NCBI GenBank assembly: GCA_003135555.1
Contig: PLCF01000006.1
Coordinates: forward strand, 1-49,239
Length of the DNA: 49,239 nt
Source of the DNA: Vulcanimicrobiota bacterium
GTDB taxonomy: Bacteria > Vulcanimicrobiota > Vulcanimicrobiia > Vulcanimicrobiales > Vulcanimicrobiaceae
Direction of reading: 5' to 3'
Shown here piece after piece: positions 30,481 through 39,996 of the stretch. Below the pieces are notes generated by a model, which did not search any database, had not been told where the DNA came from, and saw only the letters and a program-made list of their open reading frames with translations. The number at the start of each line of letters is the position of its first letter. Position 1 is the stretch's first letter. A program made the position numbers and the translations under genes.

Positions 30481-32038
30481 CGCTGTTCTCGACGAGGCGC
30501 ACGGGCAGAACGCCGCGCGCTTCGTAGCGTCCCGAAAGGACGTCGGCGCACCCCTCGAGCGACAGGCCGCCGCTGCCGTAGGTGCACGCGACGCGTCGCG
30601 CCCGCGGCCACAACAGCGCGTCGTACGGCGCGCGCCCCGAGACGATCAGCGCGTTGGGTGCGACCTCGAGGATGCGCTCGACGGCCACGCGCTGTGCGTC
30701 ATAGAGGTGCGCATCGCCGGTAACGACGACGAACTCGCGCTCGCCCAGCGCCGGGATGTGCTCGAGCAGCAAATCGATGTCGGCGGCGGCGGGCTGGAGA
30801 GGCACCCGCATGAGCTCGCTCTTGCGGCCGCGCCGCCGCAACGCCGCGCTCAACGACGCTGCCTCGGCACGCGCCGCACCGCGACCCGACGCCGCCGCGC
30901 CGTCGGCCGCCGTTCCTTCGAACGCGATCACCGTAACCGGATCACCGGCGCGCAGCCGCGGTTCGCCGCGCAGCACGGTGACCGCGCGGCGCGCGGCTTC
31001 GAGCGGCGCGGCTTCGTCGGCGGGCGGTTCGTTCGCAGCGGGTCGCAGCATGCGGCGGCGCAGGCCGAGCACGCGCCCATGGGCTTCCGCCAGCCGGGCG
31101 AGCGGAAGCTCACCGGCGCGTACCGCCGCAGCGATCGCCGCCGCGGCCTCGTGCGCGAGCTCGAGGTGGTGGCTGATGAGCAGCAGATCGGCACCTGCGG
31201 ACAACGCCTCGACGGCGCCGCGCACCGTTCCGACGCCTTGCGTTATCGCGTCCATCTCCAAGCAGTCGGTCACGACGATCCCGTCAAAACCGAGCTCACC
31301 GCGCAGCAGTTCGCCGATGACGGCGGGTGAAAGCGACGCAGGCTGCTCGGCATCGAATGCTTCGACCACGACGTGAGCGGTCATCACGAGCGAGGCCGCG
31401 CCGGCGCGCAGCGCGCGCGCGAACGGGACGAGATCGCGCGCACGCAACGTCGCCGCGCCGGCGGTGACGCGCGGCAAGCGGATGTGCGAATCGTCCGCGG
31501 TGGAGCCGTGGCCGGGGAAGTGTTTGAGGGTCGCAGCGACACCGCCGCGCTCGAGCCCCGCGGCGAAGGCCCCCGCGAACGCACCGGCGCGCTCGGGATC
31601 GTCACCGTACGCCCGCGTGCCGACGGCGGCATTCGGCGGCTGCAACGCCAGATCGGCGACCGGCGCGAGATCGACGCTGATCCCCAGCCGCGCCAGGTCG
31701 CGACCGAGCAGGACGCCGAGCCGCCCCGCAAGCGCGACGTCGCCGGTTGCGCCGACGGCCATCGCCGGCGGCAGCGGCGACACGCCGGCGCCGATCCGCT
31801 CCACACGCCCGCCCTCTTGGTCGATGGCGATCAGCGGCGGCGGCGTCGAGATCGCGCGCAACGCGCTGACGAGCGCGTGCAGCTCGTCGGGCGGACCGGC
31901 GTTGCGCGCAAACAGAATCAGCGCGCCGGGTCCGAACGCGCGCAGCGCGTCGAGCGGTGCCGCGTCGCACGTATTGCCCGAGAACCCGACCCCGATCACG
32001 CCGCGCGCCAGCACGGCCGGATCAGCGAGCACGCTCAT
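30470..32038 (-). CDS. nagZ: Beta-N-acetylhexosaminidase (GH3)
   Basis: IDQEGGRV, KHFPGHGSTADDSH signature, VTDCLEM. Confidence 0.93.
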   Translation of the reverse strand: MSVLADPAVLARGVIGVGFSGNTCDAAPLDALRAFGPGALILFARNAGPPDELHALVSALRAISTPPPLIAIDQEGGRVERIGAGVSPLPPAMAVGATGDVALAGRLGVLLGRDLARLGISVDLAPVADLALQPPNAAVGTRAYGDDPERAGAFAGAFAAGLERGGVAATLKHFPGHGSTADDSHIRLPRVTAGAATLRARDLVPFARALRAGAASLVMTAHVVVEAFDAEQPASLSPAVIGELLRGELGFDGIVVTDCLEMDAITQGVGTVRGAVEALSAGADLLLISHHLELAHEAAAAIAAAVRAGELPLARLAEAHGRVLGLRRRMLRPAANEPPADEAAPLEAARRAVTVLRGEPRLRAGDPVTVIAFEGTAADGAAASGRGAARAEAASLSAALRRRGRKSELMRVPLQPAAADIDLLLEHIPALGEREFVVVTGDAHLYDAQRVAVERILEVAPNALIVSGRAPYDALLWPRARRVACTYGSGGLSLEGCADVLSGRYEARGVLPVRLVENSAVR

Positions 32039-32073
32039 GGGCGCGGCTTCGACGCCCAGCAGCGGAACCCGCG

Positions 32074-32427
32074 TCAGTGCTTGAGGAGCCGAATGATCTG
32101 AGCGACGAGCTTGCCGGCCGTCCGCGAGATGAAGATTTGCACCTTCGAACCTTTGGCGACGTCGCTGAGCGCGTGGTAACCGGGATCGTCCGATTGGACG
32201 CTCGTGGTCGGCATCGTCGCCACGTCGAGCTTCCCTTGGTTCGTCGAGTCGATCGTGACGACGCCCTTCTGGTAGTCGACGTTGGTCACGCGCCCTTCGA
32301 CGACACCGCCGTTGCGCGCGTCGGGCTGCGCTGCGGCGCTTGCCGTGGGCGTCGGCGACGGCGCGGCCAGCGCGCCCACTGGGACGCACAAAAGGCCTAA
32401 GACCGTAGCGACGACGAGGCGGGGCAT
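32074..32427 (-). CDS. Small secreted hypothetical protein (OB-fold-like)
   Basis: Signal peptide, PSPTPT linker, VEGRVTNVD...V.I pattern. Confidence 0.7.
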   Translation of the reverse strand: MPRLVVATVLGLLCVPVGALAAPSPTPTASAAAQPDARNGGVVEGRVTNVDYQKGVVTIDSTNQGKLDVATMPTTSVQSDDPGYHALSDVAKGSKVQIFISRTAGKLVAQIIRLLKH

Positions 32428-32470
32428 CACCCTGTGATAACGCATGGACGTTCGGCCTTCGTTCCGCAGA

Positions 32471-32773
32471 TCAGCGCTCGATCGCTCCCATCACGTCAAA
32501 GTATCGCTCGCGAGCCTCAGGTTCTCCGCTCTTGGCCTGGGCGCGCGCCGCCCGCGCCGCGACGATGGTCTCGTCGGTTGCGGCGTTGCCGCCGAGCACG
32601 AGGCGCAAAGCGAGCAATGCCTCGTCGGCGGCCCGGACCCCGACGGCTTCGAGCGCCCGATAGAACGGCTGGGCCCGCGGTTCGGGCGAGCGGTCGCGCA
32701 ACGTCGCCGCGATCGCGTCGGCCTTGGTGGGGATGCCGTCGAGGAGGTAGCCGTCGAGAGGGTGCAGTTCCAC
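32471..32773 (-). CDS. Hypothetical protein
   Basis: Plausible 100-aa helical protein VELHPLDGYLLDG... filling the intergenic gap. Confidence 0.6.
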   Translation of the reverse strand: MELHPLDGYLLDGIPTKADAIAATLRDRSPEPRAQPFYRALEAVGVRAADEALLALRLVLGGNAATDETIVAARAARAQAKSGEPEARERYFDVMGAIER

Positions 32774-32777
32774 CCCG

Positions 32778-34172
32778 ATGCGATTCGCGCTCGGCCTGTC
32801 CGCGCTTGCAGCGGCGCTTGCGGCGGTCGCGGCGGCTCCGCCCGATCCGCTCGCGGCGATCGCGTCCGCGAACGGCCATCCGGCCGCGATCCATTTCCAC
32901 GCCAGCGGGATGCGCGTGGTCGAAGGTCGCGCCGTCTCCACCTCGCTCGACGTCCTGGGCGTCACCGAGCTGGTCCGGCGTTGCGTCGCGGGAGCCTGCG
33001 GCGGGGTGTGGTTCGACGGCACGCGTCAGTGGACGTTCGGGCTGAACGACGTGGCACTCCCCGAGGACGTGGACGCCGGTGTGCTGACGCAGCGTACGCT
33101 GGCCGCGATCTCGTCGTACGCCTTCGCCGAGTCCGGCTTCCGGCGCGCCGGCGGATCGGTCGTCGCCGAGGGTGCGGGACGCTGGCGCGTTCGCGCACCC
33201 GAAGGGCTCGAGCTCGTCGCAATCGTCGATCCCGCGACCGCAACGCTGCGCCGGGTCGAGACCGCCGAGGGCCGCAGGGTCGCCACCTACGCCCACGAGG
33301 TGCGCGCCGGCGGCGGGGTGTTTGCGCTGCAGCGCGGCGGCGCGTACGAGTACGGCCCGCTCGACGAGGTCAGCGCCGTCGCCGGACCGCTCGGGCCTCC
33401 GCCCGGCGTCACGGCGAGCTTTGCAGGCGACGACACGCTGGCGCTTGCGGCGCAGCCGATCCCGATCGTGCCGTGCGTCATCGCCGGCCGGCACGTGCGC
33501 TGCCTGTTGGATAGCGGCGCGACGCCCAGCGCCATGACGCTCACCGTCGCCGAGGCACTCAACTTGGAGCCGCACGGTGAGCTCGAGATTCGCGGCATCG
33601 GACGCTTCGCAACGGGATTCGTCGAAGCGGGACCGCTCGAGCTGGGTTCGGCGCGCTTCTCGAGCGCGCGCTTTGCCGTCGTGCCGCCGACCGGTTCCGC
33701 GCCGTTCGACGTCGTCGTCGGCAGCGATCTGCTGGCGCGCGTGCGGCTGGTGCTCGACCGCGCGCGGGGAACCGCGCGCATCATCGCTCCCGGCGGGAGC
33801 GCCACTGGGACCGCGGTAGCGCTGACGTTTCACACCGGATCGCCGATCGTCCAGACGATGCTGGGCCCGCAGGGCGCGCGCGCGTTGCTCGATACCGGCG
33901 ACCAAGCGATCGTGTCGTTCGGCTACGGCGCCTATCGAGACGGGCCGCAATGGAAAGTCGTCGGCCGCGGTCAGGCGCGGGGGATGGGCGGCGCCGACGA
34001 CATGCTCACCGTCGAGGTTCCCGACGTGCGCATCGGCCCGCTTGCGATCGGCGGAGCCCGCGCGACCGTTCGCCGTACGCAAGGCCTGGCTCACGTCGGG
34101 ATCGGCTTGTGGGACCGCTACGTCGTCGACCTCGACGAGGCCGCCGGCCGGGTGTGGTTCAGCCCGCGCTGA
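32778..34172 (+). CDS. Secreted aspartyl protease with two retropepsin-like domains
   Basis: Signal peptide; LLDSGA...VVGSDLL and LLDTGD...VGIGLW. Confidence 0.85.
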   Translation: MRFALGLSALAAALAAVAAAPPDPLAAIASANGHPAAIHFHASGMRVVEGRAVSTSLDVLGVTELVRRCVAGACGGVWFDGTRQWTFGLNDVALPEDVDAGVLTQRTLAAISSYAFAESGFRRAGGSVVAEGAGRWRVRAPEGLELVAIVDPATATLRRVETAEGRRVATYAHEVRAGGGVFALQRGGAYEYGPLDEVSAVAGPLGPPPGVTASFAGDDTLALAAQPIPIVPCVIAGRHVRCLLDSGATPSAMTLTVAEALNLEPHGELEIRGIGRFATGFVEAGPLELGSARFSSARFAVVPPTGSAPFDVVVGSDLLARVRLVLDRARGTARIIAPGGSATGTAVALTFHTGSPIVQTMLGPQGARALLDTGDQAIVSFGYGAYRDGPQWKVVGRGQARGMGGADDMLTVEVPDVRIGPLAIGGARATVRRTQGLAHVGIGLWDRYVVDLDEAAGRVWFSPR

Positions 34173-34185
34173 GCGAGCGAGCCTG

Positions 34186-34452
34186 CTAGTCGAGGTCGGC
34201 TTCGAGCGCCTCGGCCGTTCGCTGCATTACCTTGGCGAGGAGCGCGATGGCACCCGCTCGGTTGGTATTGAGCAGCATGTACTGCATGCGGTCGTTGGGG
34301 TGCAGGACGACGAAGACTCCCTTGCTCCCTTGCGTGATCGAGGTGAGGATGCGGTCGATGAAGGCCTTGTCCTCGTCGTCGAGCTGAATCGCGCCGCCCT
34401 CTTCTTTGAGAAGGTCGCGGAGAAAGGTGTCGAGGTTCTCAGGGACGTCCAT
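34186..34452 (-). CDS. Hypothetical protein (88 aa)
   Basis: MDVPENLDTFLRDLL...; protein-like composition. Confidence 0.7.
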   Translation of the reverse strand: MDVPENLDTFLRDLLKEEGGAIQLDDEDKAFIDRILTSITQGSKGVFVVLHPNDRMQYMLLNTNRAGAIALLAKVMQRTAEALEADLD

Positions 34453-34533
34453 CTGCGCGAAAAGCACCCTCGTTCGGAACGAGCGCCGTTTGATTAGGAG
34501 TATCGGCGAAATCGCCGCAAATTCCAAGCGCTT

Positions 34534-34548
34534 ACGTCAAGTTGACGT
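34534..34548. promoter_or_regulatory. Perfect inverted repeat ACGTCAA-G-TTGACGT, candidate operator between divergent genes
   Basis: 7-bp arms with 1-nt spacer in an AT-richer intergenic region. Confidence 0.5.
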
Positions 34549-34651
34549 GAAATCTCTGGGCGCCCCGGCGAGGTGGAACGGCCGGGCCGCGCGGCGAACG
34601 GCGCGCAAGCGCTCGACCGAGCGCTCGCGCCGTCGCACGAAGGAGGCTCGT

Positions 34652-35095
34652 ACGTTCAAGGGATTCGGAGCGTTTCTCGCCCGGGGCAACGTGATCGACC
34701 TCGCCGTCGCGGTCATCGTCGGCTCCGCGTTCACGGCCGTCGTGAACGCGCTCGTCAAGGACATCCTCACGCCGCTCGTCGCGGCAATCTTCGGTCAGCC
34801 CGAGTTCTCTCGGCTCGGCTTCACCATCCGCAGCACGCACTTCCCCGTCGGCGATTTCGTCAACGCGCTCATCACCTTCGTGCTCGACGCTCTCGTCATC
34901 TACTACGTCATCGTGGTGCCGTTCCGCACCATCGCGGCGCGGTTCTGGAAGGCCGACGAGCTGGGGCTCGCGCTGAAGACCTGCCCGGAATGCCTCAGCG
35001 AGATCGCGCAGGACGCACGCCGCTGCAAATACTGCACGGCCGTCCTAGCGCGTCCCCGCGAACCCGGCGGTGCACCCGCCGCACCCACCGGCTAG
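34652..35095 (+). CDS. mscL: Large-conductance mechanosensitive channel with C-terminal zinc ribbon
   Basis: FLARGNVIDLAVAVIVGSAF; CPEC...CKYC tail; AAGGAGG RBS 5 nt before ACG-TTC-AAG. Confidence 0.9.
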   Translation, partial: TFKGFGAFLARGNVIDLAVAVIVGSAFTAVVNALVKDILTPLVAAIFGQPEFSRLGFTIRSTHFPVGDFVNALITFVLDALVIYYVIVVPFRTIAARFWKADELGLALKTCPECLSEIAQDARRCKYCTAVLARPREPGGAPAAPTG

Positions 35096-35168
35096 CGGCT
35101 CGCGCGCTCGACCCACCACATCCGGCCGACCTGCAGCCGCATCAGCGTTGGTCGGGCATCATTGCGCG

Positions 35169-36779
35169 TTAGTTCACGCGCTTTCCGCGGCCTTTCCATT
35201 CGCGCTCGCGCAGCACGTACTTCTGGATCTTGCCGGTCGAGGTTTTCGGCAGGTCGCCGAACTCGAACGTCTTGGGCACCTTGAACGCCGCAATCCGCGC
35301 GCGCATGAACTCTCGCAGCGCATCCGGCTCGACGCTGCGGCCCGATTTGAGCGTGACGAAGGCCTTAGGCACCTCGCCCCACTTCTCGTCCGGGACTGCG
35401 ACGACGGCGCACTCGAGGACGGCGTCGTGTTCGAGCAGCACCTTCTCGACCTGCTGGGTCGAGATGTTCTCGCCGCCGCTGATGATCACGTCCTTCGCGC
35501 GGTCGACGATCTCGATGTAGCCGTCCGGATGGCGCACCGCGACGTCGCCGGAATGGAACCAGCCGCCGGCAAACGCGCGCGCCGTCGCATCGGGGTCCGC
35601 GTAGTAACCCTTCATCACGTTGTTGCCGCGCATGACGATCTCGCCTTGCGCCGTGCCGTCGGCGGGTACGTCGTTGTGGTCGCCGTCGACGACGCGCACG
35701 TCGCCCGAGCCGAGCGTTACCATCGGCACGCCTTGGCGGCTGCGCAGCCGCGCGCGTTCGGCGACCGGGAGCCCGTCCCATTGCGGGCTGTGCCACGCGC
35801 ACTCGGTGATCGGGCCGTAGGTTTCGGTGAGGCCGTAGACATGATGGAGCTCGGCGCCGAGCGCTTCGATCTGCGCGATCGTCGCCGGGGCGGGCGGGGC
35901 GCCGGCGGTGGTCACGATGACGCGGTGCGGAAACGGCTTCGTGTCGGGATGGTTGACGAGGCCGATGAGCACGGTCGGCGCCGCGCAGAAGTGCGTCACG
36001 CCCTCGGCGTGCACGCCGTGATTGATGCCCGCGGCATCGACCTTGCGCAGGCAGATGTGGGTGGCGCCGGCGGCCGTGACGGCCCATGGAAAGCACCAGC
36101 CGTTGCAGTGGAACATCGGCAACGTCCACAGATAGACGCTCTCCGGCCGCAAGTTGGCGTGGAACGCTTCGGCGAGCGCGTTGAGGTACGCGCTGCGGAA
36201 GGTGTACATCACGCCCTTGGGCTTGCCGGTCGTGCCGCTGGTGTAGTTGACCGAGATCGTGTCGCCCTCGGCGCCGCTGCGCGGCTGCAGCGCCGCCGGA
36301 TCGGCGGCGGCGAGGAGCGCTTCGTAGTCGCGCGCACCGCCCGCCGCGACACGCTGCCCGACGGGTGTCACGCGGACGCCCGGCAGTTTTGTCGTCAGGC
36401 GTTCGACGAGGCCGTCGAGCTCGTGGTCGTGCAGCACGACCGAGGCGCCGCAATGGCGCAGGATGTAGTCGATCTCGTCGGGTGCGAGGCGCGTATTGAG
36501 CGCGCACAGCACGCCGCCCGCGAGCGGTACGGCATAGGTCGCCTCGAGCAGCATCGACGTGTTGGGCGCGAGGACCGCGACGCGCTCGCCGTTTTGGATC
36601 CCCATCCCCTGCAGCCCGGCGGCAAGCCGGCGGACGCGGTCGAGGAACTGCTGATACGTCCGGCGCTCCGACCCGTCGATGACGGCAAGCTTGTCGGGAT
36701 ACACGAACGCTGCCCGCTCGAGAAAGTCGAACGGGTCGAGCGCGCGCAGGTGAACGGCGGCGGTCGGTTCGGCGATCAT
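35169..36779 (-). CDS. Acyl-CoA synthetase (AMP-forming)
   Basis: [44 protein letters not shown]. Confidence 0.95.
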   Translation of the reverse strand: MIAEPTAAVHLRALDPFDFLERAAFVYPDKLAVIDGSERRTYQQFLDRVRRLAAGLQGMGIQNGERVAVLAPNTSMLLEATYAVPLAGGVLCALNTRLAPDEIDYILRHCGASVVLHDHELDGLVERLTTKLPGVRVTPVGQRVAAGGARDYEALLAAADPAALQPRSGAEGDTISVNYTSGTTGKPKGVMYTFRSAYLNALAEAFHANLRPESVYLWTLPMFHCNGWCFPWAVTAAGATHICLRKVDAAGINHGVHAEGVTHFCAAPTVLIGLVNHPDTKPFPHRVIVTTAGAPPAPATIAQIEALGAELHHVYGLTETYGPITECAWHSPQWDGLPVAERARLRSRQGVPMVTLGSGDVRVVDGDHNDVPADGTAQGEIVMRGNNVMKGYYADPDATARAFAGGWFHSGDVAVRHPDGYIEIVDRAKDVIISGGENISTQQVEKVLLEHDAVLECAVVAVPDEKWGEVPKAFVTLKSGRSVEPDALREFMRARIAAFKVPKTFEFGDLPKTSTGKIQKYVLREREWKGRGKRVN

Positions 36780-36861
36780 GCTGCACCGTTCGGCGCGCCA
36801 AATAGCGGTGCATTCCGCCGCGGAGCAGGACCGGCGCGCTCCCGGCGCTCAGAAGGCCCCC

Positions 36862-37362
36862 ATGGCAATCGAAAAGGGGCGCCGCTCGCGCGCCGCCGAG
36901 ACCCCGACCGTCAAGGTCGGCGATCCGGCGCCCGACTTCACCCTCAAAGCACATAACGGCGACACGTTTCACCTCGCCGAAAAGCGCGGGCACAACGTCG
37001 TGATCGCGTTCTACCCGCTGGCATTCACCGGAACTTGAAGCGCTCAGATGCCGACGTACGAGCGCGAGCTGGATCGCTTTCGTGCGCATGACGCCCAGGT
37101 CGTGGGCGTTTCGATCGATTCTCGCCCCGCCAACGCCGCTTGGGCCGAAAAGCTCGGCGGGATCAGCTATCCGCTGCTGAGCGACTTTTGGCCGCACGGT
37201 GCCGTCGCGCAAGCCTACGGCGTCCTGGGTCCGATGGGATTTGCCGAGCGCTCGATCTTCATTCTCGACAAAGACGGGATCGTGCGCTACATCGACATCC
37301 ACGAACCGGGCGAGGTACCCGACGAGGCCGTCATCTTCGAAGAGCTCGCCAAACTGGCCTAA
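36862..37362 (+). CDS. AhpE-type peroxiredoxin, selenocysteine-containing (UGA at 37036-37038)
   Basis: The two listed ORFs (to 37038 and from 37048) are in one frame; FYPLAFTGT-[TGA]-SAQM places the UGA at the PxxxTxxC peroxidatic Cys; LLSDFWPHG AhpE motif; no Cys elsewhere. Confidence 0.9.
37040..37065 (+). promoter_or_regulatory. Candidate bacterial SECIS hairpin
   Basis: GCGCTC(37040-45) pairs with GAGCGC(37060-65); upper stem AUG/CGU with CCGA loop; immediately 3' of the UGA. Confidence 0.65.
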
Positions 37363-37381
37363 ACCACCGTTAAACCCTATC

Positions 37382-37410
37382 TTGACCTCGCGTCGGGGGC
37401 GTGCTAGGGT
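37382..37410 (+). promoter_or_regulatory. Sigma70-type promoter of the blaI-M56 operon
   Basis: TTGACC-N17-TAGGGT with extended -10 TG; followed by imperfect palindrome 37415-37431. Confidence 0.7.
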
Positions 37411-37453
37411 GGCGTAAACCGAATTCGTTAGGTGTCCCGCTCGTGGAGGTCCG

Positions 37454-37840
37454 ATGGCTCGCCGGCGTTCCGTTCCGCTCACCGAGGCAGAGCAGCGGCT
37501 CATGGAGATCGTCTGGTCGGCCGGGCCGGCGACGGTCGGGCAGATCACCGATGCCATCCCCGAGTCCGAGCGGCCCGCGTACAACACCGTGCAGACGATG
37601 ATGAAGATCCTCGAGCGCAAGGGGTACGTGCAGCATCGCTCCGAGGGCCGCGCCTTCGTGTACCGGGCGGTGGTCGACCGCGACGCGGCCGTGCGCACCG
37701 CGCTGTCGCACGTGGTGCAGCGTTTCTTCGGCGGCTCGCCGCAAACGCTGGCGCTCAATCTGGTGCAAGGCGACCATCTCAGCGAAGAGGAGCTCGACGA
37801 GCTCGAGCGGACCATCGCCCAGGCCAAGGCGGACGCGTGA
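37454..37840 (+). CDS. BlaI/MecI/CopY family transcriptional repressor
   Basis: LTEAEQRLMEIVW, AYNTVQTMMKILERKG, GRAFVY, FFGGS; GGAGG RBS. Confidence 0.95.
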   Translation: MARRRSVPLTEAEQRLMEIVWSAGPATVGQITDAIPESERPAYNTVQTMMKILERKGYVQHRSEGRAFVYRAVVDRDAAVRTALSHVVQRFFGGSPQTLALNLVQGDHLSEEELDELERTIAQAKADA

Positions 37841-39996
37841 TGGACGCCTTGCTGCTCGCGGTGCTCAACGCGCTTTGGCAAGGCGCGGCGCTGATCGGGC
37901 TGGCCGCGCTGTCCCTTCGCGCCGGGTTGCGGCGCAACGCGACGACGGCGTGCATCGTGTGGAGCGCCGCATTCGGCGTGGTCGCATTGCTGCCGGTGAT
38001 CGATCTGGCCTTGGCGCGCCCCGGGGTCTCCGCCGGGTCGAGCCCCGGCGTGTACTACCGTCAGCCGGTAACGACCCGTGTGCCTGCGGAGGCAACCGCG
38101 GCCTTCGTCGTCGTCGACGGGCCCGCCGCCGCGCCGCGCGTCCCCGAACCGCTCCTCGCCGACTTGCCCGGGCCCTCGCTCTCCGACCGCTGGCACGACA
38201 CCGCGCTGGCCATCGGCGCCGCGGCCACCGCATTCGCTCGGAGCTGGGGGATCTTCGTCCTCGGCGCGTGGGCCGTCGTCGCCGGAGCGCTCGTTCTGCG
38301 CCTGGCGCGCGGCTACGCCGCGATCGCACGCATGAAGCGCGGCGCGACGCCGCTCGCCGATCCGGCGGTCCTGGCGCGCTTGCGCGCCGCCGGACATCGC
38401 CGGCACGCGGACGTGGCCTGCTCGACCAACGTCGAGATCCCGTGCGCGGTCGGATTCCGCCGGCCGATGATCCTGCTTCCGGCGGGGCTGGCCGCCTCGC
38501 TCGACGCCGATGACTTGGCGCGCGTGATCCTGCACGAGTCCGCCCACCTCCAACGCTACGACGACTGGACCAATGCCCTTGAGCAGGTCGTCTGCGCGCT
38601 GCAGTTCTTCCAGCCCGCCCTATACGTCGCACGGCGCGGGATCGACTTCGAACGCGAAGTCGCTTGCGACGACCGCGTCGTCGAAGACGCGGGCGAGCCG
38701 CTCCGCTACGCGGAGTGCCTGGCCCGCATCGTGCAGCGCCACCTGCGCGGACGGCAAGCCGCGGTCGTGCCGGGCTTCGTCCTGCGCCGCGCGCAGGTCG
38801 TGGCTCGCGTGCGGCGCATCGTCGATCGCTCCCGCGACGCGTCGCCACAGCTGCGGGTCGCCACGTTCGCGCTGGGGGCCACGTTGTTGGCGGCTACGCT
38901 GGGGATGGCGCGGCTGCAAGTCCCCGTCGTCGCGCCGGCCGTGGCCGCGCCGATCGTCGCCGATTGCAGCTGTCCCCCGGTCGCGCACCGCACCGCGCCG
39001 CGAGCGCTGGTAATGGCGCTGGTGCCGGCGCCGCACCCGCCTGCGCACGCAGTCGCCCAAGCTGCGGCGATCGCATCGCCCTCACCCTCACCGACGCCTG
39101 CGGTGGGGCGGCGTACTGCCGCGCACCCGTCCACCCACTCACGCACCCACTCGCACAGCCACGCGCACGCAAAATTGCACGCGCACAGCGATCTGGTCCA
39201 TTCGCAGGCAGACGTCGCGACCGACGCCGCGCCCGCCGCGGAAGAGCTGGCGCGCACGGCGGCGGCCCTCGCGGACGTCGCCGCCCAGGACAGCGCCATG
39301 GCACCTGCGATGGCACCTGTTATGGCGCCGCCGACGTCGACGCTGACGGTGACGGCCAGGAGGATCTCGTTCGCTCCGCTCGTCGCCGCTCGGGTGGCGC
39401 TCGAGAACGCATCGGCGACCTCTTTCACCGCACCGCGCCGCTTCGTGATCCTCGCGTCGTCCGGCGACGGCGGTGATCTGCTCGACGCCATCGACGGCGC
39501 GAAGTATCCGCATCCCAGCGTCGACGATCTGGTGGCGCTGCGCAATGCGGGCATCAGCGCCGACTACATTCGCCGGATGGGCGCACTCGGACCGAACCGC
39601 CCGTCGCTGCACCAGCTGCTCGCCCTCGCCCTGCAGAACGTCTCCCCGGCGTACCTTGCAACGCTCGATCGGCGCCTGATCTCACCGTCACTCGACGACG
39701 CGATTTCACTGCGCGTCCAGGGCGTCAGCGCGGTTTGGCTGGACGGCCTCGCAGCCGCCGGATACCAGCGCTTGACGCCCGCCGAAGCGGCGTCGCTAAC
39801 GGTACAGGGCGTATCGGTCGTGTACGTACGCGGTCTGCTCGAAGCCGGCTTGCGAAACGTCACGCCGCAGCAGCTCGCGGCGCTGCACGTGCAGGGCATC
39901 GACGGCCCGTTCGTGCGCCGCCTGGCTCAGCACGGCTATCGCAATCTCAACCTCGAAGAGCTCGTGCGACTCAAAGTGAGCGGCTTCGAACCGTGA
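37840..39996 (+). CDS. M56 (BlaR1-type) metallopeptidase with helical-repeat C-terminal domain
   Basis: NALWQGA, PCAVGFRRPMILLP, HESAH (HExxH), EREVACDD; C-terminal L..L...G(I/V)S..Y repeats. Confidence 0.92.
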   Translation: MDALLLAVLNALWQGAALIGLAALSLRAGLRRNATTACIVWSAAFGVVALLPVIDLALARPGVSAGSSPGVYYRQPVTTRVPAEATAAFVVVDGPAAAPRVPEPLLADLPGPSLSDRWHDTALAIGAAATAFARSWGIFVLGAWAVVAGALVLRLARGYAAIARMKRGATPLADPAVLARLRAAGHRRHADVACSTNVEIPCAVGFRRPMILLPAGLAASLDADDLARVILHESAHLQRYDDWTNALEQVVCALQFFQPALYVARRGIDFEREVACDDRVVEDAGEPLRYAECLARIVQRHLRGRQAAVVPGFVLRRAQVVARVRRIVDRSRDASPQLRVATFALGATLLAATLGMARLQVPVVAPAVAAPIVADCSCPPVAHRTAPRALVMALVPAPHPPAHAVAQAAAIASPSPSPTPAVGRRTAAHPSTHSRTHSHSHAHAKLHAHSDLVHSQADVATDAAPAAEELARTAAALADVAAQDSAMAPAMAPVMAPPTSTLTVTARRISFAPLVAARVALENASATSFTAPRRFVILASSGDGGDLLDAIDGAKYPHPSVDDLVALRNAGISADYIRRMGALGPNRPSLHQLLALALQNVSPAYLATLDRRLISPSLDDAISLRVQGVSAVWLDGLAAAGYQRLTPAEAASLTVQGVSVVYVRGLLEAGLRNVTPQQLAALHVQGIDGPFVRRLAQHGYRNLNLEELVRLKVSGFEP

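Noticed and set aside
35365..38553. 1062-aa minus-strand ORF and many other long overlapping ORFs
   Set aside because: Shadow frames typical of high-GC DNA: Arg/Pro/Ala-rich, motif-free, and overlapping well-supported genes
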